Below, piece after piece: positions 10,007-20,318 of a stretch of 64,000 bases of DNA (the first letter of the stretch is position 1; every line of letters begins with the position of its first letter). Location of the stretch: positions 18,096 to 82,095 of the forward strand of contig JBFWYU010000019.1 in NCBI GenBank assembly GCA_050186075.1, written 5' to 3'. The notes beneath the pieces were generated by a model. The model was given only the letters and a program-made list of their open reading frames with translations, did no database searches and was not told the origin of the DNA. This stretch comes from Bacteroidia bacterium (GTDB taxonomy: Bacteria > Bacteroidota > Bacteroidia > SXHM01). Made by a program: the position numbers and the translations under genes.

Positions 10007-13000
10007 ATGAAGATGAAAAAACTATTACTTGCGGCAGCCCTTCTGGTTGCTAACATTGCGGGTAGTATTGCGCAAACCGTTATTACGGGCAATATTACCT
10101 CAGACATGACACTTACCAACGACAACGTTTATCTGTTAAGCGGTTGGGTGTATGTAAAAGAACCTGCTACCTTAACTATTGAAGCAGGAACAGTTATTAA
10201 AGGAGAAAAAATAACACAAGGCGCACTCATCATTGAGCGAGGAGCAAAACTAGTGGCTATCGGAACTCCGAACCAACCTATTGTATTTACTTCAGACCAA
10301 AACCCAACCGCACGTAACTATGGCGATTGGGGTGGTATTATCATCTGCGGTAAAGCAGCAGTAAACCTGCCTGGTGGCGAGGGTGTTGTAGAAGGCGGAA
10401 CAGGCGCAATCTTTGGTGGCGGCCTTACTCCCGATGATGCCGACAACTCAGGAACATTAAAATATGTTCGTATCGAGTTTCCCGGAATTCCTTTTCAACC
10501 TAATCAGGAGATCAATGGTCTTACACTGGGTGGCGTTGGGACTGGAACAACAATCGAAAACATACAGATTTCTTATTCAGGTGACGATTCTTATGAGTGG
10601 TTTGGCGGAGCAGTAAATGCAAAACGCTTAGTTGCTTTCCGCGGTTGGGACGATGATTTTGATACCGACCTTGGCTTTACCGGAAAAGTTCAATACGGTC
10701 TTGTACTGCGTGATGCGGCTATTGCTGACCAAAGCGGTTCAAACGGTTTTGAAAGCGATAACGATGGAAGCGGAACAACTGCTACACCACAAACACACCC
10801 TATCTTTTCTAACATCAGTGTTTTTGGTCCGCTTGAAACACCTTCAACTACTATTAACAGCAACTACAAACGTGCATTGCACCTGCGCAGAAACACTGCA
10901 ACTTCTGTTTACAACTCATCATTTGCAGGATATCCTGTAGGTCTGTTGATTGATGCTGCTTCTACAGAAGGAAATGCGGATAACGCCTTGCTGCAATTCC
11001 GTAACAACATTATTGCCGGTTGCACCGACCCTGCCGCTGTTGCAGGTTCAAGCATCTGGGATATTGACGGTTTTCTGAACAACGGTTCATTTGCTAACTC
11101 AGTTCTGTCTAATACTTCAGACCTGATGGCAACATACCCTTTAACTCTTAGCAATCCTTCATTATTACCGCAATCAGGTTCACCATTGTTAAGCGGTGCA
11201 GATTTTACCAATGCTAATTTGCAGGATGCTCACTTTGAAGCTACTACTTTCCGTGGAGCGTTTGGATCTGAAAACTGGGCTTCTTGCTGGACCGAATGGG
11301 ATCCACAAAACGAAATTTATAACGGAGCTATTGATTACACACCTGTAATTACCATCAATGCAAATGGTCCAACTACTTTCTGCAATGGAGGTTCTGTAAT
11401 TCTTACAGCAAGCGCAGGAACTTCATTCCTGTGGAGCAACGGAGCAACTACACAATCTATTAACGTAACTACAGGTGGCGATTATACCGTTCAGGTATGG
11501 AGCGAAAGAGGTTGCACAGCTACTTCTAACCCCTTAACCGTTACTGTTAACACACCCGATGCAACAGTTACAGCAAGCGGTGCTACTACATTTTGTACAC
11601 CAAACACTGTTACCTTAACTGCTGCTTCAAACACCTCATACCTGTGGAGCAACAATGCAACTACACAAGCTATCACAGTAAATGCTTCGGGTGTTTACAG
11701 TGTTACCGTTACCGATGGAAACGGTTGCACAGCAACATCAACACAAACTACGGTTACCGTTAATTCAGCTCCAATTGCCAATTTTGTTGCGCAGGCGTTT
11801 CAATTGTTGGTTAACTTCACTAACACTTCAACCGGAAACGGCAATACCTACACTTGGGATTTTGGTGACGGAAGCAATGCTACCACTACCAATGCAACCC
11901 ACAACTATGCAAACAGCGGTTCTTATGATGTAGTGTTAGCTGCTACCAACTCTTGTGGTACTAACAGCAACACACAATCTGTAAACATCAGTGACGAAGC
12001 AATAACAGTTACCGGAAATATCACCACCAACACTACCTGGTACAATACCAATGAGTATCTGTTGAGTGGATTTGTTTACGTGAAAGACGGAGTAACACTT
12101 ACTATTCAGCCCGGAACATTAATCAAAGGTGAGAAATCAACCAAAGGAACCCTGATTGTTGAGCGTGGAGGAAAACTGATTGCAAACGGAACACTGAATC
12201 AGCCAATCGTTTTCACTTCAAACGAACCTGCCGGAAGCCGTAACTATGGCGACTGGGGTGGTATCATTATCTGCGGAAGAGCAGCAGTGAACCTGCCCGG
12301 TGGTGAAGGAGTTATTGAAGGCGGAACAGGTGCATCATTTGGCGGAGGTCTTTCTCCTGATAATGCTGACAACTCAGGTTCTTTAAAATACGTTCGTATT
12401 GAATTTCCCGGAGTTCCTTTCCAGCCTAATCAGGAGATTAATGGTCTTACACTGGGTGGCGTAGGCAGCGGAACAACCATTGAAAACATTCAGGTTTCTT
12501 ATTGCGGTGATGACTCCTATGAAATGTTTGGCGGAAACGTTGACATGAAAAAGTTAATTGCACTGCGTGGCTGGGATGATGACTTTGATACCGACAACGG
12601 TTTCAGCGGAAAACTGCAATACGGTGTTTCTATCCGTGATGCAGCCGTAGCTGACCAAAGCGGCTCAAACGGTTTTGAAAGTGATAACGATGCAAGCGGA
12701 ACAACAGCTACTCCCCAAACACATCCTATCTTCTCTAACTTCAGCATCTATGGTCCGCTGCTGGATGCAAACACTACTATTAACAGCAACTACAAACGTG
12801 CTTTGCACCTGCGCAGAAACACGGCAACATCTGTTTACAACTCTGTATTTGCAGGTTACCCTGTAGGTCTGTTGATTGATGCTGCAACTACCGAAACCAA
12901 TGCAACCAATGGATTGTTGCAATTCCGCAACAACGTTATAGCAGGATGCACCGATCCGGGCGCAGTTGCCGGTTCAAGCTCATGGGATGTTGACGGTTTC

Positions 13001-13774
13001 ATAGCAACCAATGGCTGGAACAACACCGTTATTGCTGACAATGCTAACCTGCTGGTTGATTACCCTACCAACGATTTAACTGCACCGGTATTGTTGCCGC
13101 AATCAGGTTCACCACTATTAAGCGGTGCTGATTTCACGAACAGCAACCTGCAGGATGCTTTCTTTGAAGATGTAACCTTTAAAGGTGCATTCGGAGCAAC
13201 AGACTGGACAGCTTGCTGGGCTAACTTTGATCCGCAGAACACTGTTTATGCAGGAACTATTTTCTTAGCAGGCGCAACAGCTGATTTCAGCGCGAGTACT
13301 ACAAATTTCAACACTACGTTCACAAACGCATCAACGGATGCAGACTCATACCTGTGGAACTTTGGTGACGGAGCAACATCAACACAGGAAGATCCTGCAC
13401 ATACGTATGCTGCTTCAGGTGCTTATGTTGTAACTCTTATCGCATATAGCCCTTGCGGAAATGATACATTGACAGAAACCATCAATGTAACTGTTGGTAT
13501 CGAAGACATGATACCTGCAATTGCAAACGTAATGGCTTTCCCTAACCCGTTCAGCACCGAAACCAACATTCAGGTAACGCTAAATGAACGCACCAACATG
13601 AATGTTGCGGTGTTCAACATGGAAGGCAAACTGGTTGCTAACCTTTACAACGGTAAAGCAAATGACGGTGTTCACACGCTTAAATTCAATGCAGAAGGTC
13701 AGCCAACAGGTTTGTACTTTGCGCGCATTGTAACCGATAAATCTACACGCACTGTTAAATTGGTGGTGAGATAG
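10007..13774 (+). CDS. T9SS-secreted protein: two tandem beta-helix-like domains, Ig/PKD domains, type A CTD
   Basis: Signal peptide; duplicated ~420-aa domain (GDWGGIIICG, YVRIEFPG, EINGLTLGGVG, DDDFDTD); PKD WDFGDG/WNFGDG; C-terminal FPNPF...GLYF sorting domain. Confidence 0.85.
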   Translation: MKMKKLLLAAALLVANIAGSIAQTVITGNITSDMTLTNDNVYLLSGWVYVKEPATLTIEAGTVIKGEKITQGALIIERGAKLVAIGTPNQPIVFTSDQNPTARNYGDWGGIIICGKAAVNLPGGEGVVEGGTGAIFGGGLTPDDADNSGTLKYVRIEFPGIPFQPNQEINGLTLGGVGTGTTIENIQISYSGDDSYEWFGGAVNAKRLVAFRGWDDDFDTDLGFTGKVQYGLVLRDAAIADQSGSNGFESDNDGSGTTATPQTHPIFSNISVFGPLETPSTTINSNYKRALHLRRNTATSVYNSSFAGYPVGLLIDAASTEGNADNALLQFRNNIIAGCTDPAAVAGSSIWDIDGFLNNGSFANSVLSNTSDLMATYPLTLSNPSLLPQSGSPLLSGADFTNANLQDAHFEATTFRGAFGSENWASCWTEWDPQNEIYNGAIDYTPVITINANGPTTFCNGGSVILTASAGTSFLWSNGATTQSINVTTGGDYTVQVWSERGCTATSNPLTVTVNTPDATVTASGATTFCTPNTVTLTAASNTSYLWSNNATTQAITVNASGVYSVTVTDGNGCTATSTQTTVTVNSAPIANFVAQAFQLLVNFTNTSTGNGNTYTWDFGDGSNATTTNATHNYANSGSYDVVLAATNSCGTNSNTQSVNISDEAITVTGNITTNTTWYNTNEYLLSGFVYVKDGVTLTIQPGTLIKGEKSTKGTLIVERGGKLIANGTLNQPIVFTSNEPAGSRNYGDWGGIIICGRAAVNLPGGEGVIEGGTGASFGGGLSPDNADNSGSLKYVRIEFPGVPFQPNQEINGLTLGGVGSGTTIENIQVSYCGDDSYEMFGGNVDMKKLIALRGWDDDFDTDNGFSGKLQYGVSIRDAAVADQSGSNGFESDNDASGTTATPQTHPIFSNFSIYGPLLDANTTINSNYKRALHLRRNTATSVYNSVFAGYPVGLLIDAATTETNATNGLLQFRNNVIAGCTDPGAVAGSSSWDVDGFIATNGWNNTVIADNANLLVDYPTNDLTAPVLLPQSGSPLLSGADFTNSNLQDAFFEDVTFKGAFGATDWTACWANFDPQNTVYAGTIFLAGATADFSASTTNFNTTFTNASTDADSYLWNFGDGATSTQEDPAHTYAASGAYVVTLIAYSPCGNDTLTETINVTVGIEDMIPAIANVMAFPNPFSTETNIQVTLNERTNMNVAVFNMEGKLVANLYNGKANDGVHTLKFNAEGQPTGLYFARIVTDKSTRTVKLVVR

Positions 13775-13796
13775 TTTTTTATCAATTTTTTTAATG

Positions 13797-13830
13797 CAAA
13801 AAGCCCTGCGCCTAAGGCGCGGGGCTTTTG
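13797..13830 (+). terminator. Intrinsic terminator with CGCCTAAGGCG core
   Basis: CAAAAAGCCCTGCGCCTAAGGCGCGGGGCTTTTG. Confidence 0.8.
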
Positions 13831-13953
13831 TTGTTAATCGAAAAATAACATAGTAAGCAATATTTGTCTTAAAATGGGTTATATTTGTCGCCCTTAAACA
13901 GGGCTTTATCATTGAATCTGAATTATTAGCAAACAAAAAAACTGCTGAACAAT

Positions 13954-16035
13954 ATGAATAAATTTTTACAAACAACCTTACTTATTGCGTTAACCATCTG
14001 CACGTCTTATGCGCAGAGTTTTGCTCAACAACGCAAAGTAGCTTTGCTTGATCTTACAACCCGCAATGCGGAAGAAAATACATCACGTTACCGCTCTATG
14101 CAATGGTTGCTTAATACTGCCGGAGTAGAATATACCAGCACTACGAGTCTTAGCACAGCACTTACCCACCCCATTATTGTTTTTAGTCCGGTGGTAAAAA
14201 GCACAACCTTCAATTCTGCCGAGCGCACTTCGATTACCAATTATGTAAACAACGGTGGTGTTATTGTATGCTCTTCCATGCAGGCTTCAACGCTTTTCAG
14301 CCTGTGCGGGGTTTCGGCTGTATCATCTTCAACAACACGCAAATATTTTAACTCAACCACTACCAGCCTGCCTTGGTTGTATGAGCGTATTACAGACCCT
14401 GCTGAAACCAGCATCCGTTTCTTAGGCACTACCAGCGGAGCATCTTGCACCAGCCGCTCTTATACCTTGAACGGAGGTACATCACTTGCACAATATGAAG
14501 ACGGCAAACACGCCTTTGTTTACAAAGCAACCGGACAAGGACACGTTTACACTTTTGGTATTGATTTGCGCGATGTAGTTCTTCGTTTCCAGATTGATGA
14601 TGACGGCAATGCACAGGAATCGTATTCCAACAGTTTTGAGCCAGGCTCAGACGTGTTTATGCTGTTAATCCAAAACATAATCCGCCACCATATTCCTAAC
14701 ACCGTGCGCCTGCATACCAGCCCGTATTGCAGCAGCTCAAGCGTAATCATCACGCATGATTATGACTCAAAAACCTGTCAGGATACCAGCAAATTTTTTG
14801 TGGACATGGAATACGCAAGAGGTATAAAAACCACTTACAATGTTACTACCAGCTATTACTCAAACGGATGGATCAGCGGATTTTACAACACAGGGGTACC
14901 TGCTGTTCAGTACATTTTGTCAAAAGGCCATAATGTAGGTTCGCACTCGGTTGGGCATTTCCCCGATTTCGAAAACTCAACACGTTTTCCATTGGGTACT
15001 CAGGGAGTTCCTCCACTTAGTTATCACCCGCTTTATTCAACAAGTACACGAGTTACAACAGGAGGCACCGTATTTGGCGAAGTTGAAATTTCAAAAGATT
15101 TATTAGAAAACAATCATGGAATTAATGTAAAAACTTTCCGCGCAGGTGAGTTGTGTTACAATAAATACCTGGCCTATGCACTACAGCAAACAGGCTACAC
15201 ATTCAACTCTACTTTTTCGGCCAACGATGTATTGACCAATTTCCCTTTCTATACTGTTGACCAGAAAAAATACTCAGGCGCACAGCTTCGCGTACTGGAG
15301 ATACCAATGACTATTTCTGATGTGTGGACTCCTTCTATGAGCAGCACCAATTACCCTGAAAAAGTTGCAGTATGGGCTTCGGTTACCCGTAAAAACGATG
15401 CGAATAATGCTCCAACTGTATTGTTAATTCACCCTAACCGCACCTGGAAAGTTACTGCTGAAGAAATGTACCTCGATAGTCTTCCGGAATCAGCTACTGT
15501 GATTACTATGGAAGAGTTTGGAGAATTCTGGCAGGAGCGCGACACACTTGATTTTACCTCTACGCTTACCGACAACACCTTGAGAATACAGATTAACACC
15601 GATGCACCTGACGAGCGCCTGAGCTTTGTAGTTGACAATGCTAATCAGCTTGACGGGGTGCAATTCTTCCTGCAAAACGGTGATGAGTTTTTTCCAACAC
15701 CGGTAGAATGGGCTAACGGAGCAACCCTTTACTGCGGTGACGAAATGAGAACTACCGCACTGGCTGAAACCGAAACAGGATCAGGCATAAACGTATATCC
15801 TAACCCTTCTTCGGCTGATGTATATTTCAGCATTGAGGATGCGGCAAGAGGCAATTACACACTGATGGTTTATGACGTATTCGGCAAAACCATTCATGCT
15901 GAGAAAATGATGGTGCCTTCTAACAGCAACATCCAGTTTACATGGAACGCTGAAAACACTGTTACAGGCTGCTACTTCTACTCTATTGAAGGTGCAGGGA
16001 AAGTTTACAACGGAAAAGTAATGATAGCGCACTAA
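13954..16035 (+). CDS. T9SS-secreted polysaccharide deacetylase-like protein
   Basis: Signal peptide; NodB/CE4-like THDYD, GSHSVGH, FRAG, LEIP, LIHP; C-terminal VYPNPS CTD. Confidence 0.7.
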   Translation: MNKFLQTTLLIALTICTSYAQSFAQQRKVALLDLTTRNAEENTSRYRSMQWLLNTAGVEYTSTTSLSTALTHPIIVFSPVVKSTTFNSAERTSITNYVNNGGVIVCSSMQASTLFSLCGVSAVSSSTTRKYFNSTTTSLPWLYERITDPAETSIRFLGTTSGASCTSRSYTLNGGTSLAQYEDGKHAFVYKATGQGHVYTFGIDLRDVVLRFQIDDDGNAQESYSNSFEPGSDVFMLLIQNIIRHHIPNTVRLHTSPYCSSSSVIITHDYDSKTCQDTSKFFVDMEYARGIKTTYNVTTSYYSNGWISGFYNTGVPAVQYILSKGHNVGSHSVGHFPDFENSTRFPLGTQGVPPLSYHPLYSTSTRVTTGGTVFGEVEISKDLLENNHGINVKTFRAGELCYNKYLAYALQQTGYTFNSTFSANDVLTNFPFYTVDQKKYSGAQLRVLEIPMTISDVWTPSMSSTNYPEKVAVWASVTRKNDANNAPTVLLIHPNRTWKVTAEEMYLDSLPESATVITMEEFGEFWQERDTLDFTSTLTDNTLRIQINTDAPDERLSFVVDNANQLDGVQFFLQNGDEFFPTPVEWANGATLYCGDEMRTTALAETETGSGINVYPNPSSADVYFSIEDAARGNYTLMVYDVFGKTIHAEKMMVPSNSNIQFTWNAENTVTGCYFYSIEGAGKVYNGKVMIAH

Positions 16036-16058
16036 GCCTTATCTTCCATTCTCACGAT

Positions 16059-16093
16059 AAAAAAAGAGCAGTAGTGATACTGCTCTTTTTTTT
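16059..16093 (+). terminator. Intrinsic terminator
   Basis: AAAAAAAGAGCAGTA-gtga-TACTGCTCTTTTTTTT. Confidence 0.85.
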
Positions 16094-16107
16094 ACATGTA
16101 TTTTCAA

Positions 16108-16290
16108 TTAACCGAAATTTAACAAGGTGTTAGTGTTAAACTCTTAATAATAGTTGTTTTTTGCAGTGCAAAAATCACTGCATGATCAGCAGGTTTCTTC
16201 ACCTTGTTATTATTAACAATGTGCTATTAATAACTCTGTTACACTTAACAAAGCAGTAATAATAAGTTAGCATTGCTGCTGTTTCTTTGC
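16108..16290 (+). promoter_or_regulatory. Two putative Pho-box promoters upstream of the plcP-like gene
   Basis: TTAAC 16108 and TTAAC 16119 followed by TTTTTTGCAG near 16157-16166; TTAAC 16245 and GTAAT 16256 followed by TTTCTTTG at 16282. Confidence 0.6.
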
Positions 16291-16307
16291 ATCACAATAA
16301 ATTACAA

Positions 16308-17246
16308 ATGCAAAAAACAGCAGAAGCAAAACTTCCAAAACGCAAAGTAGAGGTAGCAATTATCTCCGATGTTCACCTCGGCACCTATGGCTGCCACGCA
16401 GCTGAATTGGTAAAATACCTTAAAAGTATAAAGCCCGAAACGCTTGTGCTGAATGGCGATATTATAGACATCTGGCAATTCAGCAAAAGCTATTTCCCGA
16501 AAGAACACATGCAGGTGATAAAACAAATCACAGGTATGATTGCCAAAGGCGTAAAAGTTTACTACGTTACCGGAAACCATGACGAGATGATGCGCAAGTT
16601 CGAGGGCTTTGAACTGGGTTCATTCAAAATCGTGAATAAAATTGTTCTGAATCTGGAAGCGGGAAGAGCATGGATATTTCACGGTGATGTGTTTGATGTA
16701 ACCATGAAACATACCAAGTGGATAGCCAAGCTGGGCGGGCAGGGTTATGATTTGCTTATTGTCTTCAATCGTTTTATCAATCGCATACTGGAAAAAACAG
16801 GAAGAGAAAAAATATCACTCTCCAAGAAAATAAAAGACAGTGTTAAAGGTGCGGTAAAACATGCCAACAATTTTGAAGTTACTGCTGCCGAAATCGGAAT
16901 ATCAAACGAGTACAACTATGTAGTATGCGGTCACATCCACAAGCCTGAAATCCGCGAAATAAAAACTGACAAAGGAACTATTATCTACCTCAATTCAGGC
17001 GACTGGGTTGAGAACCTGACCGCTCTGGAATACAACAATACGGAGTGGAGTATCTATCGCTACAATGATGATACACTTGCTCAGAATTCGAAACACGAAG
17101 ACGAGCATAAAGAAGAACTGACCACCACCGAACTGTATGCAAATCTGCTGCAGGAATTTCTTCCGCTCAACTACCACGCATCTAAAAAATCACCACCCGA
17201 ACCAATCGGCAAACCGGGTAAAAAACATTTCTTCGGACTATTCTAA
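16308..17246 (+). CDS. PlcP-like Mn-dependent phospholipase C (LpxH-like metallophosphoesterase)
   Basis: DVHLG, LNGDIID, GNHD (not the GNRD of LpxH), FHGD, CGHIH, NSGDWVE; Pho-island context. Confidence 0.75.
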   Translation: MQKTAEAKLPKRKVEVAIISDVHLGTYGCHAAELVKYLKSIKPETLVLNGDIIDIWQFSKSYFPKEHMQVIKQITGMIAKGVKVYYVTGNHDEMMRKFEGFELGSFKIVNKIVLNLEAGRAWIFHGDVFDVTMKHTKWIAKLGGQGYDLLIVFNRFINRILEKTGREKISLSKKIKDSVKGAVKHANNFEVTAAEIGISNEYNYVVCGHIHKPEIREIKTDKGTIIYLNSGDWVENLTALEYNNTEWSIYRYNDDTLAQNSKHEDEHKEELTTTELYANLLQEFLPLNYHASKKSPPEPIGKPGKKHFFGLF

Positions 17247-18272
17247 ATGACAAAAATCCTCTACGCAATACAGGGAACAGGAAACGGGCACATCAGCAGA
17301 GCCATTGAAATAATCCCCGAGTTGCAGAAAAGGGGAAAGGTGGATATTCTGATAAGCGGTTTCTCTTCAGACATTGAGTTGCCTTTTGAAATAAAATACA
17401 AGTTCAAAGGTTTGAGCTTTGTTTTCGGGCAAAAGGGCGGCATCAACTATTTTCAGACCTGGAGCAAAAACCGCATACGCAGATTTTACAAAGAAGTAAA
17501 AAAGCTGCCGGTAAATGATTATGACCTTGTTATCAGCGATTTTGAACCTGTTTCGTCATGGGCTTGCTTTCTTGCCGAAAAAACCTGCATCGGTTTGAGT
17601 AATCAGGCAGCTGTTCTTGCGCCCAATGCCCCGCGTGCTGAGGATGATGATAAGCTCGGTCGCCTGGTTTTAAATTATTATGCACCTGTAACGGCTGCTT
17701 ATGGTTTTCATTCTCAGCGTTACAATAACAGTATTTACACACCCATTATCCGCAAAGAAGTGCGCAGGCTTAAAACAAAAGATGACGGACACTATACGGT
17801 TTACCTTCCCGCCTATGCTGATGAGAAAATAATCAATCGGCTCAGTTATTTTTCTGATGCGCGCTGGGAAGTATTTTCAAAGCACACCAAAAAAGCATAC
17901 ATCAAAAACAATGTGCTTATCCGCCCTATTGAAAGCAAGCTTTTTATGGAAAGCCTTGCTAGCTGCAAAGGTATTTTGTGCGGTGCCGGGTTTGCTACTC
18001 CCTGCGAAGCACTGTTTCTGAAAAAGAAACTGATGGTAATACCCATGAAAATCCAGTACGAGCAGCAGTGTAACGCAGAGGCGTTAAAACAAATGGGTGT
18101 TGCGGTAATGAAATCGCTGAAGAAAAAGCACCGCCCTGTTTTACAGGAATGGTTGAACAGTGATACGGTTGTAAAAGTTGATTACCCCGATAATGTTTCG
18201 GAAATAGTTGATGTCATTTTCCGCAACCATGTTGCTTCAGCCAGAATGGAAAAACTCAGAAAAGTAGCTTAA
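17247..18272 (+). CDS. GT-B glycosyltransferase (MJ1255/VC2487-like)
   Basis: ILYAIQGTGNGHISRA, ISDFEP, GAGFATPCEAL, QYEQQCNA; starts immediately after the plcP-like stop codon. Confidence 0.85.
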   Translation: MTKILYAIQGTGNGHISRAIEIIPELQKRGKVDILISGFSSDIELPFEIKYKFKGLSFVFGQKGGINYFQTWSKNRIRRFYKEVKKLPVNDYDLVISDFEPVSSWACFLAEKTCIGLSNQAAVLAPNAPRAEDDDKLGRLVLNYYAPVTAAYGFHSQRYNNSIYTPIIRKEVRRLKTKDDGHYTVYLPAYADEKIINRLSYFSDARWEVFSKHTKKAYIKNNVLIRPIESKLFMESLASCKGILCGAGFATPCEALFLKKKLMVIPMKIQYEQQCNAEALKQMGVAVMKSLKKKHRPVLQEWLNSDTVVKVDYPDNVSEIVDVIFRNHVASARMEKLRKVA

Positions 18273-18293
18273 ACTACTAACGACTTCAACTAC

Positions 18294-19592
18294 TTACTCC
18301 AGAATAGGACTAAGAATATAATAAACCAACGCAGCAAGCACACCCGAAACCGGAATGGTTAAAATCCATGCCCACAACAGACTTACAGTAACACCCCAGC
18401 GCACAGCTGAAATACGTTTGGTAATACCAACACCTACAATTGCTCCCGTGATGGTGTGTGTTGTGCTTACCGGAATACCGAAATACTGACTGAGATAGAG
18501 TGTTACTGCTCCACCCGTTTCTGCAGCTACTCCTTCTAAAGGTGTTACTTTGGTAATACGGGTTCCCATGGTTTTAATAATTCTCCATCCGCCCGAAAGC
18601 GTTCCAAGAGCAATAGCCGCAAAGCAGGCATACTGTACCCAATATGGAATATCTGCAATGTCTTTTTTGGGTTTCAATGTACTAACGGATACAAATGCTT
18701 CTTTAGGGGCAACCATAAACTCTTTTCCTTCCTCTGAAATGGTTGAAAGGTCTGAACCTTTCACTGCAATGTATTTCTTGTCTTTTGCTTTTCCTTTTTT
18801 TGCAAAGTTGCTTTTCTCTGCCATCATCACTTCTTTACCGTCCACATTGCCAAGTACCAGTTTAGCAGAATCAAGCGCATAGTAAGCGGTGTCAATTTTA
18901 TACACGGTCTTTACGTGTGTCCATTCGTGACGGTCATATTCTTCTTTGGGAGCAGTATTGGCAAATACCAACATAGCAGCCGCAATAATACCCATTACTT
19001 TTTGTGCATCATTTGCACCATGCCCCAAACTGAATGCTGCGGACGAAACCAATTGCAAACGCTTGAACCACTTATCCGATTTTGCATGACTGCTTTTGCG
19101 GAATAAGTTCATGATAAGTGCTGTAATAAAATAGGCCAAAATCATTCCTATGATGGGAGCAAGAAAAATAAAAGCAAGCGTGGTGTAAATCTTTGCCATG
19201 TCTGCAAGTACACCAAAACCTGCTTTAGCAATAGCAGCTCCGGCAAATCCACCCATCAATGTGTGTGAAGAGCTGGAAGGTATGCCAAACCACCAGGTAA
19301 GCAGGTTCCAGGTAATAGCAGCAATCAATCCGGAAAGAATTACCGTCATGGTAATAGCATCAGTCTTTACGATTTTTGCAACCGTATCGGCTACTTTAAA
19401 CTCGAAACCCAGTAAACTATGCTGGCACAAAAACAATACAATAGCATTAAAAAATGCCGCCCATGCAACTGCCTGAAATGGCGACAGCACTTTGGTAGAT
19501 ACAACGGTGGCTATTGAATTTGCCGCATCGTGAAAACCATTGATATAGTCAAATGCAAGGGCAAGAAATATGACAATGAGAAGAATAGTCAT
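18294..19592 (-). CDS. Inorganic phosphate transporter (PiT family)
   Basis: NGFHDAANSIAT, GIPSSSSH, GHGANDAQK, GIPVSTTH signature motifs. Confidence 0.95.
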   Translation of the reverse strand: MTILLIVIFLALAFDYINGFHDAANSIATVVSTKVLSPFQAVAWAAFFNAIVLFLCQHSLLGFEFKVADTVAKIVKTDAITMTVILSGLIAAITWNLLTWWFGIPSSSSHTLMGGFAGAAIAKAGFGVLADMAKIYTTLAFIFLAPIIGMILAYFITALIMNLFRKSSHAKSDKWFKRLQLVSSAAFSLGHGANDAQKVMGIIAAAMLVFANTAPKEEYDRHEWTHVKTVYKIDTAYYALDSAKLVLGNVDGKEVMMAEKSNFAKKGKAKDKKYIAVKGSDLSTISEEGKEFMVAPKEAFVSVSTLKPKKDIADIPYWVQYACFAAIALGTLSGGWRIIKTMGTRITKVTPLEGVAAETGGAVTLYLSQYFGIPVSTTHTITGAIVGVGITKRISAVRWGVTVSLLWAWILTIPVSGVLAALVYYILSPILE

Positions 19593-19601
19593 GTGTAATT
19601 C

Positions 19602-20243
19602 TTAAGAGTATTTAATCAGAATGCTTTCAATGGCGTTGGCTGCATCTTCGCACTTATCGGTAGCTTCTTCCAAAGCATACAAAATTTCTTTGTGTTTGAT
19701 AATGGTGATGGCATTGGTTTCTTCTTCAAACAGGCGGGCAATGGTCATGTCAAAGATATCGTCAGCATGATTTTCAATGCTGTTGATTTTAACACAAGCT
19801 TCGCGGATTTTTCCTGATTTTTTGATGTCTTTTAATCCCGATACAGCAATCTGTAATTGCTCAGATCCTTGAAGGATAAGTTCTGATAATTTTATAAAAG
19901 CTGTTGGCATTTCGGTAACGCCATACAATTCAATACGCTTTGCCGAACCGTGGATAAAATCAACCACATCGTCAATAGAAGTTACCAGAGCATGAATATC
20001 CTCTCGATCAAAAGGGGTAATAAAATTGGCGCTGAGCTCGTGAAAGATTTCGTGCGTTACAGCATCGCCAACATGTTCCAGCTTTTCAATTTCACGTATA
20101 AGCTCTTTTCTCTTTTCAATATTGGATGTGCCAACCATATCAACCAGTACCTTTGAAATTACCAAAAGGTTGTCGGTTGCTTTTTCAAAAAGAGGGAAGA
20201 ATTTTTTGTCTTGAGGGATAAAGAATTGAAGAAGATTTGCCAT
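19602..20243 (-). CDS. DUF47 (PhoU-like) PiT accessory protein
   Basis: EHVGD, FITPFDREDI, ENHADD, LEEATDKCEDAAN. Confidence 0.92.
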   Translation of the reverse strand: MANLLQFFIPQDKKFFPLFEKATDNLLVISKVLVDMVGTSNIEKRKELIREIEKLEHVGDAVTHEIFHELSANFITPFDREDIHALVTSIDDVVDFIHGSAKRIELYGVTEMPTAFIKLSELILQGSEQLQIAVSGLKDIKKSGKIREACVKINSIENHADDIFDMTIARLFEEETNAITIIKHKEILYALEEATDKCEDAANAIESILIKYS

Positions 20244-20269
20244 TGTTTTAGTGATGTTTAATTTCGGTG

Positions 20270-20314
20270 CAAATGAAGATATAATAGTTATTGCCCATGT
20301 TACGGCAATGTTAA
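20270..20314 (-). promoter_or_regulatory. DUF47-PiT promoter with putative Pho boxes
   Basis: Minus-strand TTAAC (20310), GTAAC (20299), ATAAC (20287); TTCATTTG -7-like motif at 20270-20277. Confidence 0.7.
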
Positions 20315-20318
20315 TTCT

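Noticed and set aside
16308-17246. lpxH (lipid A synthesis)
   Set aside because: GNHD rather than GNRD, Pho-box-like promoter and glycosyltransferase partner favour a PlcP-like enzyme; not fully excluded.
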